Shown here in pieces: positions 10,350 through 20,985 of a DNA stretch of 64,000 bases. Below the pieces are notes generated by a model, which searched no databases, was not told the DNA's origin, and saw only the letters and a list, made by a program, of their open reading frames with translations. The first letter of the stretch is position 1. Each line of letters opens with the position of its first letter. The stretch is from sequence record DRR723986_3513; one strand, given 5' to 3'. Made by a program: the position numbers and the translations under genes.

Positions 10350-11135
10350 CTAAGTCCTCAGCCGGCTTGCAAGCAGTCGGGTTGCTTTGTCCGTCTCGAT
10401 TTCGGCGAACAGAATGCCTTCTTTTCCGTAGGGCTGGTGGATGACGAGTTGGCCATCGGGATCGATGACTGCGGAGGTCGTGCATGCCCCAGGCAACGCG
10501 CAGTTGACAGTGGCAAAATAGCACGTGTTTTCCGCCGCCCGGCAAAGGGCCGCCTTTTCATGGAAAGTGTTCTGAGGATCCGCAAATTGAGTTGGCTGAT
10601 AAGTCGCATCTTCGACCACTTCCACATGTGGGTGAAAAACGACTTGCGCCCCTGACCTGGCCGCCTGACGCACCGTCTCTGGATAACGCCAGCCTTCGTG
10701 GCAAATGACAATGCCAAAGCACACTCCATGACAATCGAACGTCCGGCGCTGGGTGCCTGGTGTGTAGGTGCTATCTTCGGAAGGATCCAACTGCACTTTG
10801 TCTTGGAAGCCCAAGCATTCGCCCTGATCGTTGGTTACGCGAGCGGTAATCAGCAACCGATCGTCTTCGACCCGCTCGGTTCCCAACACAACGAAGATGC
10901 CCAGCTCCTTCGCCAAGGCGTCGACTTGCGCCCAAGCCGCCTCGAGCCACTGTTGGTCGGGCGGCGGGCTGGCCTGCGAGTCAATTCGATATCCGGGGAT
11001 TTGGCATTCTGGAAAACAAACAATTGCAGTCTGACCACTTGCCGCTTCACGCATCGCATCAAGTACAATTTTCACAGAGTCTTCCGGTGAAGTCGGAAAA
11101 CGTACGTTTGCAAGGGCGAGCCGGAATAGTGACAT
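10350..11135 (-). CDS. Carbon-nitrogen hydrolase (nitrilase superfamily)
   Basis: Glu-Lys-Cys triad contexts 'CFPEC', 'QDKVQL', 'ICHEGW'. Start placed at MSLFRL; ORF-track start is 11168. Confidence 0.85.
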   Translation of the reverse strand: MSLFRLALANVRFPTSPEDSVKIVLDAMREAASGQTAIVCFPECQIPGYRIDSQASPPPDQQWLEAAWAQVDALAKELGIFVVLGTERVEDDRLLITARVTNDQGECLGFQDKVQLDPSEDSTYTPGTQRRTFDCHGVCFGIVICHEGWRYPETVRQAARSGAQVVFHPHVEVVEDATYQPTQFADPQNTFHEKAALCRAAENTCYFATVNCALPGACTTSAVIDPDGQLVIHQPYGKEGILFAEIETDKATRLLASRLRT

Positions 11136-11314
11136 GAATGGTGTCGCTTTCTGTGAAAAGTGTCGCACGGAATTTTAAACTCGTTCGCCGTTGACACCAT
11201 CGTCGCGCCGGTCGTGGCGAACACAACAGTTGGACCCTTATCGCTGGTCGCGGGTTCGTTGCATGCTCCGCGATGGTCGCTGGCGATGTGCGTCCAAGCA
11301 CAGACCTGTTTCGC

Positions 11315-12214
11315 TTAGCCAAGTGCAATTAGAAACACACCCAGAATCATTGCAACGATGCACGGGGCTTTTGCCTTCCAGTTTTCTTCCTTCAGAAACA
11401 GCACTGCATATAAAAAGGCAACGAAAACGCTGGTGCGACGCAGTGGTGATACAACAGCGATCAGGGCATCAGGGTCTGAAACAGCCGTGAAGTACAGAAG
11501 GTCGGTGACGAGCAGCAATACGGCGACTGTTGGAATCGACCATCGCCAGTAAAAGGGCGTCCGCTGACGGCTTCGAAAATACCATAGCAAGAACATTGGT
11601 AAAGTGACCGGAACCAAGTAGATCGAAAACCAAGCTTGAACGGTCAAAACCGGCAGCCGTTCACTCTGAAGCAAGTACTTGTCGTAAAGACCGCTTGCCG
11701 CACCCAGGAGTGTGGCAGCGACCATCAAGAAGATCCAAGCGTTGCGCCGGAAGTCGATCCCCTCGCGCTGTCCAACTCGAGAAAGCGCCAGGAACGCTAC
11801 GACGATCAAAGCCACGCCCAGCCACTGCGCCGTAGTAGGTGCTTCCCCAAACGCCAGCACGGCAACAGCGATCGTCCAGATTGGGCTGGTGGAACGTATG
11901 GGCGTTGCGATGGAGACTGGAAGATGCTTCAGGGCGAAGAAAGCGCAAGTCCAGGAGCCGCCGACGAGCAGGCTTTTCGATGCCAACAACAAATGCTCAT
12001 CGAAACCGATCGCGGTGATCGCGTCGAGTGCCGGTACTCGTTCAGGCAACAGAGTCGAGTTCGCAACCAGAACGACAGTCCAGATCAATGCGGCTGTCAT
12101 GGTGTTCAGTAGTAACACAGCCGGAACCGCGTTGTCATGAACAGACGCCTTCTTCGCAATGTCGTAGACACCCAGCACGACGGCAGAGAGCAGGCTAAAG
12201 AAGATCCAGCTCAT
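11315..12214 (-). CDS. EamA/DMT family transporter
   Basis: About 10 TM helices in two repeats; 299 aa; ATGA overlap with the MMPL stop codon. Confidence 0.88.
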   Translation of the reverse strand: MSWIFFSLLSAVVLGVYDIAKKASVHDNAVPAVLLLNTMTAALIWTVVLVANSTLLPERVPALDAITAIGFDEHLLLASKSLLVGGSWTCAFFALKHLPVSIATPIRSTSPIWTIAVAVLAFGEAPTTAQWLGVALIVVAFLALSRVGQREGIDFRRNAWIFLMVAATLLGAASGLYDKYLLQSERLPVLTVQAWFSIYLVPVTLPMFLLWYFRSRQRTPFYWRWSIPTVAVLLLVTDLLYFTAVSDPDALIAVVSPLRRTSVFVAFLYAVLFLKEENWKAKAPCIVAMILGVFLIALG

Positions 12215-14571
12215 GCACTACTGGCTTTCCGCTGGCGAAAGGCGAGGAACAGGATGGCGGGTAGAAACAAAAGGTCCGCAATCAGCGCGGCAAACAGAAC
12301 CGCAACAAGGTAAGTGCCCAGCATTCTGATCGACCAGTACCCGGACAAGCCAAACGGTAGGAAGCCCACCGAGAGAATCCAGGTCGTACGGACGATCGCG
12401 ACACCGGTGTGCTGAATCGTTCGGTCCAGCGCAACGCGGACGTCATCACAGTGCCGAAGTTCAATTCGCATTCGCGACATAAAATGAATGGTATCGTCGA
12501 CGGCCAGGCCAAGACCCAGCGTTGCGACGGCAAGGATATCGCTGTCAACACGATCGTAGTAGATCGAAAGTAGGCCTCCCAGCACCAGGAGCGGCGTCAT
12601 GTTGGGCAGCACCGACAGCCAGCCAAACTTGAACGACATAAGACCGATGACAATCAAGAAAAAGATCGTGGTAAAACAAAACGCAAACCCCTGCATGTGT
12701 CCGCGTATGATTTCACGAACAGCCTTCCCGACCAATGGAGCAGATCCCTTATCTTGAACGATTGCTTTATCGCCAAAGACCTCACCTGCAATTTTGCTCG
12801 CATGTTCAGAGATGTCCAGCAATCTCATATAGCTGGTTGCTTCAACCTGAAATCCAACCCGGAGTGACCGCTCGTCTGCCGACCTGAGAGCCCCAAGTGC
12901 ATCTCCATCGATGGTCGACAGGAGCTCGTAGACAGCCCGACCATGTTCGGAGCTAACGGGTACGCCCGAGCTCTCGTTGGTCCCGTTTTCGATGCTGCGG
13001 ATCGTATCCGTCATCACTCTCGGTAGCGAGAAAGCTCCAATGGCGGGCGTCTCGGCTATGCATCTGCGTTCAAACTCTGTGACGGAACGCACGACCGCGG
13101 GAGAGAAGATTGGGCCTTCTTTAGGCGTAACAACGAATTCGATTACGTTTACGCCGCCAAATTCTGCAGCGAGAAAACGGGTGCTCTTGGTCAGCGGATG
13201 GGAGGTCTCGAACCGATTGGCCAAGTCCGGGTCCAGTGTAAGTCTGCTTGTCGCAAAGCCCGCTACTACGAAAAATGCAACTGAAATCAAAACGGTGACC
13301 CAAGGACGTGCAAGCGCGAGTCGCAGGCAGCCCTTGGCGATAGAATTCGCAAGCCGCGAAGCGTTGGCGGCCGCAGTGATGGGACGCCCGCGACGATCAA
13401 GCCACTGCAGGAAAAGTGGGGCAAGGAGAACGCTCAAGATCAACGCACTGGCCACTCCAGCCGCGGCAGAAAACCCGAATTGCCGAATCGTTTTCGACGG
13501 CACAATGACCAACGATGCGAAACCAACAAACGTGGTAATGCTTGTCAGGATACACGCTCCGCCGACTTCCAGGTACATCTTACGCAGGGCAAGTCGGTGT
13601 TCATGCCCCGCGGTTCTTTCCGCCGTGTATGACGAGAGCAGATGGATGACATCGGCTGTGCTAATGACTAGCACCATAAGCGGGACGGCTGCCATCAGTA
13701 CGGAAAACTTCCCATAGAAAGCTACGCCTAGCGAGATGCCCCACACGTTCGAAATTGCCGCAATCACCAAAGTGAAAACAATCACCTCCAGTCGCTTGAA
13801 CACCATCATGACAGCGAGGGCAATCAATATGCCGCCCACCGGCAATAGTGTGCGTAGGACGATATCAATCTGTTCGTAAGCATTAGATTGCATCGGAACG
13901 AGGCCGGATAGGTAGATTCCTGCATCGCCAAGCCCGCTTTCCTGCACTGCATCCTCGATTGCAGAAATCGTGGCAATCTGCTCCTCAGGTGGCAGAGTCT
14001 GGGAGTTTTCCAACTCAATGAGCATCAACTGCGAATCGCCTGACTTCGAAATCAGGCTTACCCGGCCCGCACCAACAGAGGTAGCCTCGTCTTCGATCAG
14101 AGACAGTTGCTTGTCGGACAACTGCTGATCGCGCCCGGCGGCAACTTCAATGATGCGTGAAACGGTCAGCGTCCGTTTCGCCGACGCAAGAACCTGATCT
14201 GGTATCTCTCCAGCCTTCAGCTTGGCACTCAAGACCGACCTGGCGACCGTCGATCGTGAGCCGCGCATGATGCCGTTGCGGAGCCGGATGTCCCCCAGCG
14301 AAGTTACGCTACGGATCTTTGCCGAACTGGTGAGCTGCTTGTCGCAAGCGACAATTTTTGCCAGCGTCGATTGGTTGAATAAGCCACTAGATTCAGTGGT
14401 CGCCAGCCAAACCAGGGAATCAGGGTTGGTCGAAAACTCCGCCTCAAGCGCCATCGCCCGTTGGTAGTCTTCAGGTCGATTGACGAATGACTCGATGATC
14501 GAAGAAGCGTATTCAACGCGCGTGAGGATGAGGCAACCGATTGCCGTCAGCGCAGCAATCAAGCTGAGCAC
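12211..14571 (-). CDS. MMPL/RND family exporter
   Basis: Two repeats of 1 TM, a soluble loop and 5 TM; 'ADVIHLL' and 'GLAVDDTIHF' motifs. True start is probably further upstream (see findings). Confidence 0.88.
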   Translation of the reverse strand: MLSLIAALTAIGCLILTRVEYASSIIESFVNRPEDYQRAMALEAEFSTNPDSLVWLATTESSGLFNQSTLAKIVACDKQLTSSAKIRSVTSLGDIRLRNGIMRGSRSTVARSVLSAKLKAGEIPDQVLASAKRTLTVSRIIEVAAGRDQQLSDKQLSLIEDEATSVGAGRVSLISKSGDSQLMLIELENSQTLPPEEQIATISAIEDAVQESGLGDAGIYLSGLVPMQSNAYEQIDIVLRTLLPVGGILIALAVMMVFKRLEVIVFTLVIAAISNVWGISLGVAFYGKFSVLMAAVPLMVLVISTADVIHLLSSYTAERTAGHEHRLALRKMYLEVGGACILTSITTFVGFASLVIVPSKTIRQFGFSAAAGVASALILSVLLAPLFLQWLDRRGRPITAAANASRLANSIAKGCLRLALARPWVTVLISVAFFVVAGFATSRLTLDPDLANRFETSHPLTKSTRFLAAEFGGVNVIEFVVTPKEGPIFSPAVVRSVTEFERRCIAETPAIGAFSLPRVMTDTIRSIENGTNESSGVPVSSEHGRAVYELLSTIDGDALGALRSADERSLRVGFQVEATSYMRLLDISEHASKIAGEVFGDKAIVQDKGSAPLVGKAVREIIRGHMQGFAFCFTTIFFLIVIGLMSFKFGWLSVLPNMTPLLVLGGLLSIYYDRVDSDILAVATLGLGLAVDDTIHFMSRMRIELRHCDDVRVALDRTIQHTGVAIVRTTWILSVGFLPFGLSGYWSIRMLGTYLVAVLFAALIADLLFLPAILFLAFRQRKASSA

Positions 14572-14655
14572 TAATTTCCATCGGTGCAGTATGAATTCAA
14601 GCGAGGCTGTGGCCAGACTCTGCGCCTTGATTCTCTTTCTCCTGAACGACTGCGT

Positions 14656-15627
14656 TTAGACACTGGTACCTTGCGGCAGGAGAAGGATCTTTCGCTCACC
14701 GGGCCGACGAGCATGAGCGAATCCTTCAACGGCATCCGCTAGAGCATACTCGCCGTCTATCAGATTTTCGACCGCTATCGCCCTTTGCTGCAACAATCGC
14801 AGCGCTGGCTCAAACGGTCCGCAGCGCGAGCCGACGACATTGAGTTCATTGACGACAATTGGACTCAAATCGATGCTACTTCCCGCGGCATAGGTGCTCT
14901 TCATCACCACCGTCCCCTTTGGCCTGGCGATCCGCATTGCCGTTTCAAGTCCCGATGAGTTTCCAGTCGCTTCCACGACAAAGTCATAGCTGGCATCTTC
15001 GGCGACTTGACTCTCACGCGTCGACAATCCCCACTCTCTGGCTAGCTCCAGTGAAGCCCCGGTCCGCCCGACAACCGTGACCGAAGCTCCGCCAAGCGAC
15101 AGGACTCTTGCGACTAGCATTCCAAGTCGGCCGGGACCGATGACCGCAGTATTGTTCGACGGTGAGACCGGCAACTGCTCGGCGATTCGAAGCGCAGCAG
15201 CCAATGGCTCAGTAAAAACAGCTTGTCTATCGCTGACGTCATCGGGAACTGGAATCAAGTTTGGCGTTGGGAGGGCTGCATACTCAGCCATAACACCGTC
15301 GCGATTCAGAATGCCAAGAACGCTTCGACCGGGAAGATGCTTAGTGGATTCTTCGTCGGAAGGATCTCCGGCGAATTCTGCCGGCGCGATGTTGATCGTG
15401 CAAACGACCCGCTGCCCGACGAGAGAGGAGTCATCGGATGATTCGACCACGCCGACGAATTCATGGCCTAGAATGCCTTCAAAGTTCATGTAGCCATCGG
15501 CGAGTTCCAGGTCGGTGGAGCAGATTCCTGCAAGCTGCACGCGAACAAGCGATTCGCCGCTGCCTGCGATCGGCACATCCCGCTGCCGAACGCTCACTAC
15601 ACCGTCGACCAATTCGATACACTGCAT
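14656..15627 (-). CDS. Zinc-dependent MDR-family alcohol dehydrogenase-like protein
   Basis: 'GICSTD', 'GHEFVG', 'FTEPLAA', 'IGPGRLG', 'VGSRCGPF'. Confidence 0.9.
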   Translation of the reverse strand: MQCIELVDGVVSVRQRDVPIAGSGESLVRVQLAGICSTDLELADGYMNFEGILGHEFVGVVESSDDSSLVGQRVVCTINIAPAEFAGDPSDEESTKHLPGRSVLGILNRDGVMAEYAALPTPNLIPVPDDVSDRQAVFTEPLAAALRIAEQLPVSPSNNTAVIGPGRLGMLVARVLSLGGASVTVVGRTGASLELAREWGLSTRESQVAEDASYDFVVEATGNSSGLETAMRIARPKGTVVMKSTYAAGSSIDLSPIVVNELNVVGSRCGPFEPALRLLQQRAIAVENLIDGEYALADAVEGFAHARRPGERKILLLPQGTSV

Positions 15628-15748
15628 CTGAACTCAACCCCTCTGCTTCTGGCGTATGTGACGGCTTCGTGGAACAGCTAATCGTCGGACCAGTTGGTCT
15701 TGGTTGCTGGCGGTCAAGATGCGACGACCCTCTCGTTTTCAATGGCTA

Positions 15749-17272
15749 TCAATAATCGTTGCCCAACAGGCTGCTCAGAACTGAAGTCTGCCACTCTCTG
15801 AACTTCGTTTGCATGCGTTTGACCACGGCGGGGTGCATGGCAGCAATGTCTCGCGATTCTCCCTGGTCATTAGAAAGATCGAACAGCTCGACTGTCGCAG
15901 GACTATCTCCGTCATGAATGACGAGCTTGAGTGTGCCGTCGATCATTGACCGCGGTCCCGAATAGTGTTCTTCGCGAATTTGTTTGAAAACGCCGTTGTG
16001 AAAATTGCGAGTTGCGATGCCGCCCATCAGTTTGACAAGTGGCGTTGTTCCTATTTGAAGTTCGGGATCAATGTAGGGCTCGGCTTGCTTGTCTTCAGCG
16101 CCGAAGCTCCAAAAGTAAGCGGGCTCTGATCTGGTAACATTCTCTCCTTGAATCACAGGCAATAGATCGACGCCGTCGAGCGGGCGATCCGGGCGCTGGC
16201 AATTCACGATGCTGCAAAGTGTTGGGAGCAGATCGCTTGTCGTTGCGGTGAACGTTGAGTGTCGAGGTGACTTGATGACTGCGGGCCATTCGATCAATCC
16301 TGGAACTCTGACGCCGCCTTCGTAGACGGTTCCCTTGCGTCCTCGCAATGGAGAAACCAACTGCCCCTCTTGAGGTGTGCCGTTGTCGCCACAGTAGAGC
16401 AGCAGTGTGTTTTGCCGGATGCCTTGGTCTTCAAGAAAACTGCGAAGGTCGCCGATGGCCCTATCCATGGCCGTGATTTCGGCATACCTCTCGCGGAGTA
16501 CGTCGCCCTGCGGACGCTGAGTCGGCCGCCCTGTTTCGTTGCTGGTCAGACGGACTTTCTTTTGGCTGTACTTCTGGGGAAGTTCGTCGTAAAGCTTCAG
16601 GTCAGCTTCCAGTCCGCTGTACGGTTCGTGAGGCGATCCGAACCAAACGACTGATAGAGTGGGCTTGCCCTTTTCTACACACTCGGCAATGAACTGCTTC
16701 GTCTGATCTACGATCACCTGGGAGCTTTCACCAGGGTACTTCTTTGGAGGGCCGCCATCGAGCGAAAGGATGGGATCGAGTTCAAAGAAATTGTCATGGG
16801 AAAGCCAAGTATCGAAGCCCATTGCACCGGGGCTGGTCGGCGAAGCGGCCTTCACAGGACCGACATGCCATTTGCCGAAGTGCCCACACGCGTAGCCAGC
16901 GGTCCTTAAGAGATGGGCTATCGTGGTTTCCTCAGGGCGTATCGAGCAGTTCGGCGTGAAGGTCCCGTACCGGTTCGGATGTCTGCCAGTCAAGAAGCTG
17001 CCGCGTGTGGGTGAACAAGTTGGGTGCCCAGCATAGAAGTTATCCAGTCGCAGCCCGCTCTTGGCCATTTCGTCAAGAGTTGGCGTCTGCAGATGCGGGT
17101 GGTTGTAATATCCCGTTTCCGCCCAGCCGTGATCATCGCCCATCATCAGGATGATGTGCGGTCGGTTTGGCACGTCGGGCGACGCTTCTGCGGCTGTAGT
17201 TCCCTGCGAACACGCGATGGATGCGAACGACGGCAGCACGAGTGCGACAACAATGGGAAGGAACCGTCGCAT
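15749..17272 (-). CDS. Secreted arylsulfatase-like sulfatase (S1, FGly type)
   Basis: 'MGDDHGW', CxPxR motif 'CSPTR', 'GKWH', 'GDNG', 'EGGVRVP'; signal peptide from ATG 17272 (MRRFLP). Confidence 0.92.
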   Translation of the reverse strand: MRRFLPIVVALVLPSFASIACSQGTTAAEASPDVPNRPHIILMMGDDHGWAETGYYNHPHLQTPTLDEMAKSGLRLDNFYAGHPTCSPTRGSFLTGRHPNRYGTFTPNCSIRPEETTIAHLLRTAGYACGHFGKWHVGPVKAASPTSPGAMGFDTWLSHDNFFELDPILSLDGGPPKKYPGESSQVIVDQTKQFIAECVEKGKPTLSVVWFGSPHEPYSGLEADLKLYDELPQKYSQKKVRLTSNETGRPTQRPQGDVLRERYAEITAMDRAIGDLRSFLEDQGIRQNTLLLYCGDNGTPQEGQLVSPLRGRKGTVYEGGVRVPGLIEWPAVIKSPRHSTFTATTSDLLPTLCSIVNCQRPDRPLDGVDLLPVIQGENVTRSEPAYFWSFGAEDKQAEPYIDPELQIGTTPLVKLMGGIATRNFHNGVFKQIREEHYSGPRSMIDGTLKLVIHDGDSPATVELFDLSNDQGESRDIAAMHPAVVKRMQTKFREWQTSVLSSLLGNDY

Positions 17273-17321
17273 AGGGAATATCCTCTCAAGGCCAAGTGGT
17301 GGGGAATGCGTGGAGGTAGGC

Positions 17322-18965
17322 TCACTGTGGAATCGTTGGGCGCAACGGATTGCCCGACTGATCCGTTGGGTACGTTGCATCGTGTCGGTCCAACTGGCGG
17401 TTCATTTCCGCGAGCATCTTCTTTAGGATCTCGGGCTGCTTTTCAGAAAGGTCTGTGGATTCAAAGGGATCCTGGGCGAGGTTGAACAACTGGTAGTGTT
17501 TACCGCCCGATTGAGAGGCTGCGCCTTTGGCTTTGATGTTAGGCAACGCATGGTAAATGACTTTCCAGTCTTCGTCACGCCAAACGGTAAAGTAGTTGCT
17601 GCGATGCGGTGCGTGCGGGTAGTGCATCAAGAACTGCTGTGGTCTCATTTTGTCCGTTGCACCGACAAGTGTGCCGCTCATATCGTATCCGTCCAAGACA
17701 TGTTCACTCGGTACGGCCACGCCTGTTGCATTCAAGACGGTTGGGAAGATGTCGCACACATTTGCGATTGTAGGTTCGATAACGTTCTGTTGAATCGTAA
17801 GTTTCTTTTGTAGTGGATTGTCTGGGTTGTTTTTAGCCCACGCGGCGATGAAGGGAACACGCATTCCGCCTTCGTAGTGTGCGCCTTTCCTACCACGAAG
17901 CGGCGCGGCGCAAGCAACGTCATGTTGATTGCCCAGCGGTGCATCGGAGCCGTTGTCACCAAGGAAGAAGACAAGGGTGTTTTCCGCTTCTCCGATCTCT
18001 TCAAGGTGGTCAAGAATGTCGCCAAGAGACTTGTCCATGCCTTCGATGAGCGTCGCAAAAGCCTGAGCAGTCTTGGGCTTTCCGCTTTGGGCATAGTTTT
18101 CGGCAAAACGCGGGTCGGAGTCGAAGGGTGAGTGGACTGCGTAATGTGACATGTACAGGTAGAAGGGCTGTTCAGTTGTCGATGCGTCGGTCAGAAGCTT
18201 TTTCGCTTCGATCGTTAGTGCTTCGGTTAAGAAAGTGTCGCTGCCGTGATACGCCTCTAGGTGTGGTACAGCGTGATGTTCTCTCTTTGTGCCCCAGCCG
18301 AAGTTCTTTTCTGCGTAGTAGCTGCCTGGCGCACCAAATGCTGCACCGGCGATATTCTGCTCAAAACCTAGGTTAAGCGGTTCGGAACCTTCGCTTCCGG
18401 TGGGTCCAAAGTGCCCTTTGCCAATGTGGATGGTTTGGTAGCCAGCGTCGGCCAGTAGTCCCGGGAGTGTAATGTCTTGTTTTGTGAGGCCGTCCCAGTT
18501 CCAATCTTCAGGGCCTTGGGGGCCGCGATTGTTAGTCGAGGGATTGATCCAATTGGTGACTCTATGTCGCGCGGCATTCTGTCCGGTCATGATGCTGACG
18601 CGAGTGGGCGAGCAGACGCTCATCGCGTAGAACTGACTGAACCGAGTCCCTTGTTTCGCGAGTCGCTCCATCGATGGCGTTCGATAGTACTCGTTCAGCG
18701 GATATCGTCGCGGCTTGCCCTCATCGTCGGTCAAGAATGGGACCGACGTATCCATCACTCCCATATCATCCACTAGAAAGACCACCACATTCGGCCGTTG
18801 GGCTTCGTGCCGAGTAGGTTCGTTGGCCACGGATTGCTCTGGCGAAGCTACAAAGCAAACGAATATGAGAGCAAGGAGTCTAGTGCTTGAGAACGCAAGA
18901 AAAATTCTGGTGCCCGCTGAGCTATGTTGCTTGCAAGCAACCAACCGCTGAGAAATGAACCGCAT
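17322..18965 (-). CDS. Secreted sulfatase (S1, FGly type)
   Basis: 'LVDDMG', 'CSPTR', 'GKGH', 'GDNG', 'EGGMRVP'. Confidence 0.93.
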   Translation of the reverse strand: MRFISQRLVACKQHSSAGTRIFLAFSSTRLLALIFVCFVASPEQSVANEPTRHEAQRPNVVVFLVDDMGVMDTSVPFLTDDEGKPRRYPLNEYYRTPSMERLAKQGTRFSQFYAMSVCSPTRVSIMTGQNAARHRVTNWINPSTNNRGPQGPEDWNWDGLTKQDITLPGLLADAGYQTIHIGKGHFGPTGSEGSEPLNLGFEQNIAGAAFGAPGSYYAEKNFGWGTKREHHAVPHLEAYHGSDTFLTEALTIEAKKLLTDASTTEQPFYLYMSHYAVHSPFDSDPRFAENYAQSGKPKTAQAFATLIEGMDKSLGDILDHLEEIGEAENTLVFFLGDNGSDAPLGNQHDVACAAPLRGRKGAHYEGGMRVPFIAAWAKNNPDNPLQKKLTIQQNVIEPTIANVCDIFPTVLNATGVAVPSEHVLDGYDMSGTLVGATDKMRPQQFLMHYPHAPHRSNYFTVWRDEDWKVIYHALPNIKAKGAASQSGGKHYQLFNLAQDPFESTDLSEKQPEILKKMLAEMNRQLDRHDATYPTDQSGNPLRPTIPQ

Positions 18966-19068
18966 CGAGTCGCCTTGTTAGATAAGGTTTTGTGAAACCT
19001 CATCTTAGCAGCTTAGGACTCTTGGTGTTCTAGAGCTTACGGCGAATCGTTCTTGCACTTAGTCTGAA

Positions 19069-20985
19069 CTAAGCGGCGGCGCGTTTCTCCCAATCGACAC
19101 GCGTCAGTCGACCGTGATCAAGTTCGTAGACAGCATCGGCAAGTTCCAGAAGCTTTTCGCGGTGAGTGATGATAATCATTGTCCGCTCACCTCGGTGTTC
19201 TGCCAGAGACTGGCAGATCAAGTCTTCGCTCTTCATATCGATCTGACTTGTAGACTCGTCGAGGATGAGTATTTCAGGATCACACAGGAGGGCTCTTGCA
19301 AGCGCGATGCGTTGACGCTGACCGCCGCTAAGCCGTCCACCATTTTGACCGACATTGGTTTCGTAACCATCTTCCAGGACGGTTGAGATGAACTCGTGTG
19401 CGTGTGCTGCTCGGCTAACGGCCAACACCTCTTCGTCCGATGCGTCGGGTTTTCCGTATCGGATGTTATAGCTCACCGACTCGTTGAAGAGTTCTGTACT
19501 CTGGTTGACCAACGCAAATCTCGACCGAACGTCATCAACTGCCATATCACGATAGTCAGTCCCGTTTACGCTGATGTCGCCGTTCGTAGGGTCGTAGAAT
19601 CGGCATAGCAGATTGATGAGTGTCGATTTTCCACTACCGTTCGAACCAATGATGGCAATGGTTGAACCGTACGGGATGTCCAAGTTGATGTTTTCCAGAA
19701 CCGGCTGCTCTGGCGTATAGTGAAAAGCAACATCGTTAATTCTTAGATTGCGGTGTGGCTTTGCAACCTCCGTTGGCTCATCAGGGTCAGCAACTGCACT
19801 GACTTCATCAAGCAACGGGTAAAGAGCGTCTGCGGCCACTGTACCGGTGTAAATCGATGCGTATACTGCTGACAGCTTGCGAAGCGGGTCGCTGATGCCG
19901 ATCAGCATTCCGAAGAAAACGAAAAGAGCAGAGACGCTCAGTTGATCATCGCTAATCTGAATTCCAAATATTTCGGTCTGCTTATTCAACACCAAGTATG
20001 AGCCGGCAACGATCGTTGTACCGAGCATGCCAATTCCGAGAAACTCGATAATTGGCTTTGATAGCGAGCTGAAGAAAATGAACTTCAGCCAAAAACGTTT
20101 CATCTGAGCCGTAGCATCTTCGAACTTCGCAATCTCTGTGTCCTCACGCTGGAAGGACTGTACAGTTTGGACATTGTGTAGCGACTCCAGTAGCACGCCA
20201 TGAAAGCTCGATGCACGCTGCAAGACTCGGTTAGAAACAGCCTTGATTGATTTCGTCAAAAAGTAGAGCATCGCTCCGACGAGGGGAGCAACAAGACAGC
20301 TAAGTACTAGCAAACGCCAGCAGATCGCACACGCACCGACGAGGCAAGCAACAATCTTCAGTGGCTCCCGCAACGCTGCGCCCAGGGCATTGATTAACCC
20401 CGACGTTAGCATGTCAGTTGTGTGGATGATTGATGTTACAAAATTGGTCTGGCCATGCTTTGCGAAGCTAGCACGGTCTAAAGATAGAGACTTAGCGAAC
20501 AGTTGGTTCCGCATCGAATTAGCGATGCTCAAAGCGACGCGTCCAACGAGCACTTCATTGGAGATCAAGAAGACGTGTTTGATGAAGGTTGAGACGACAA
20601 GCGCGACGACGATCCACCCAATTGTTTGGAATGGATCACGCGGGACATAATTCTCAACCCATGGTTGCATAGATTTCTGGCTCTGCAACTTGGCGTTCTG
20701 AACTGTTTGTTCGTTTACCAGTTCTGATACTGTCTCGGGCGCTCCTGCTGCTTGCGCTGCAGCGATCTTTTCGTCTAGATCTGCAATGTTCTTTTCGAGT
20801 CGCGTGATTTCTTCGGCGACCCATTCCTGCGCCGACTGCCCTTTGATGGTCACTTCAAGTATTGGGAAGAACGCTCCAATATTGGCCCCCCACAACGCCG
20901 CAACCATGAATGAGCACGCGGTCGCCGCTACAAGACTTAGCCAATATCGTTTCGCTGACTTGATAGCTCGAAAAAAGTTTTTCAT
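19069..20985 (-). CDS. ABC exporter, fused permease/ATPase (MsbA/PglK-like)
   Basis: 6-TM domain, Walker A 'GSNGSGKS', signature 'LSGGQ', Walker B 'ILILDE'; flanks the glycan genes. Confidence 0.92.
   Translation of the reverse strand: MKNFFRAIKSAKRYWLSLVAATACSFMVAALWGANIGAFFPILEVTIKGQSAQEWVAEEITRLEKNIADLDEKIAAAQAAGAPETVSELVNEQTVQNAKLQSQKSMQPWVENYVPRDPFQTIGWIVVALVVSTFIKHVFLISNEVLVGRVALSIANSMRNQLFAKSLSLDRASFAKHGQTNFVTSIIHTTDMLTSGLINALGAALREPLKIVACLVGACAICWRLLVLSCLVAPLVGAMLYFLTKSIKAVSNRVLQRASSFHGVLLESLHNVQTVQSFQREDTEIAKFEDATAQMKRFWLKFIFFSSLSKPIIEFLGIGMLGTTIVAGSYLVLNKQTEIFGIQISDDQLSVSALFVFFGMLIGISDPLRKLSAVYASIYTGTVAADALYPLLDEVSAVADPDEPTEVAKPHRNLRINDVAFHYTPEQPVLENINLDIPYGSTIAIIGSNGSGKSTLINLLCRFYDPTNGDISVNGTDYRDMAVDDVRSRFALVNQSTELFNESVSYNIRYGKPDASDEEVLAVSRAAHAHEFISTVLEDGYETNVGQNGGRLSGGQRQRIALARALLCDPEILILDESTSQIDMKSEDLICQSLAEHRGERTMIIITHREKLLELADAVYELDHGRLTRVDWEKRAAA

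Noticed and set aside
12977..13717. 246-aa plus-strand ORF (and similar long ORFs at 30869-31558 and 32885-33688)
   Set aside because: Antisense shadows of well-supported genes; Ser/Pro/Thr/Arg-rich with no motifs.
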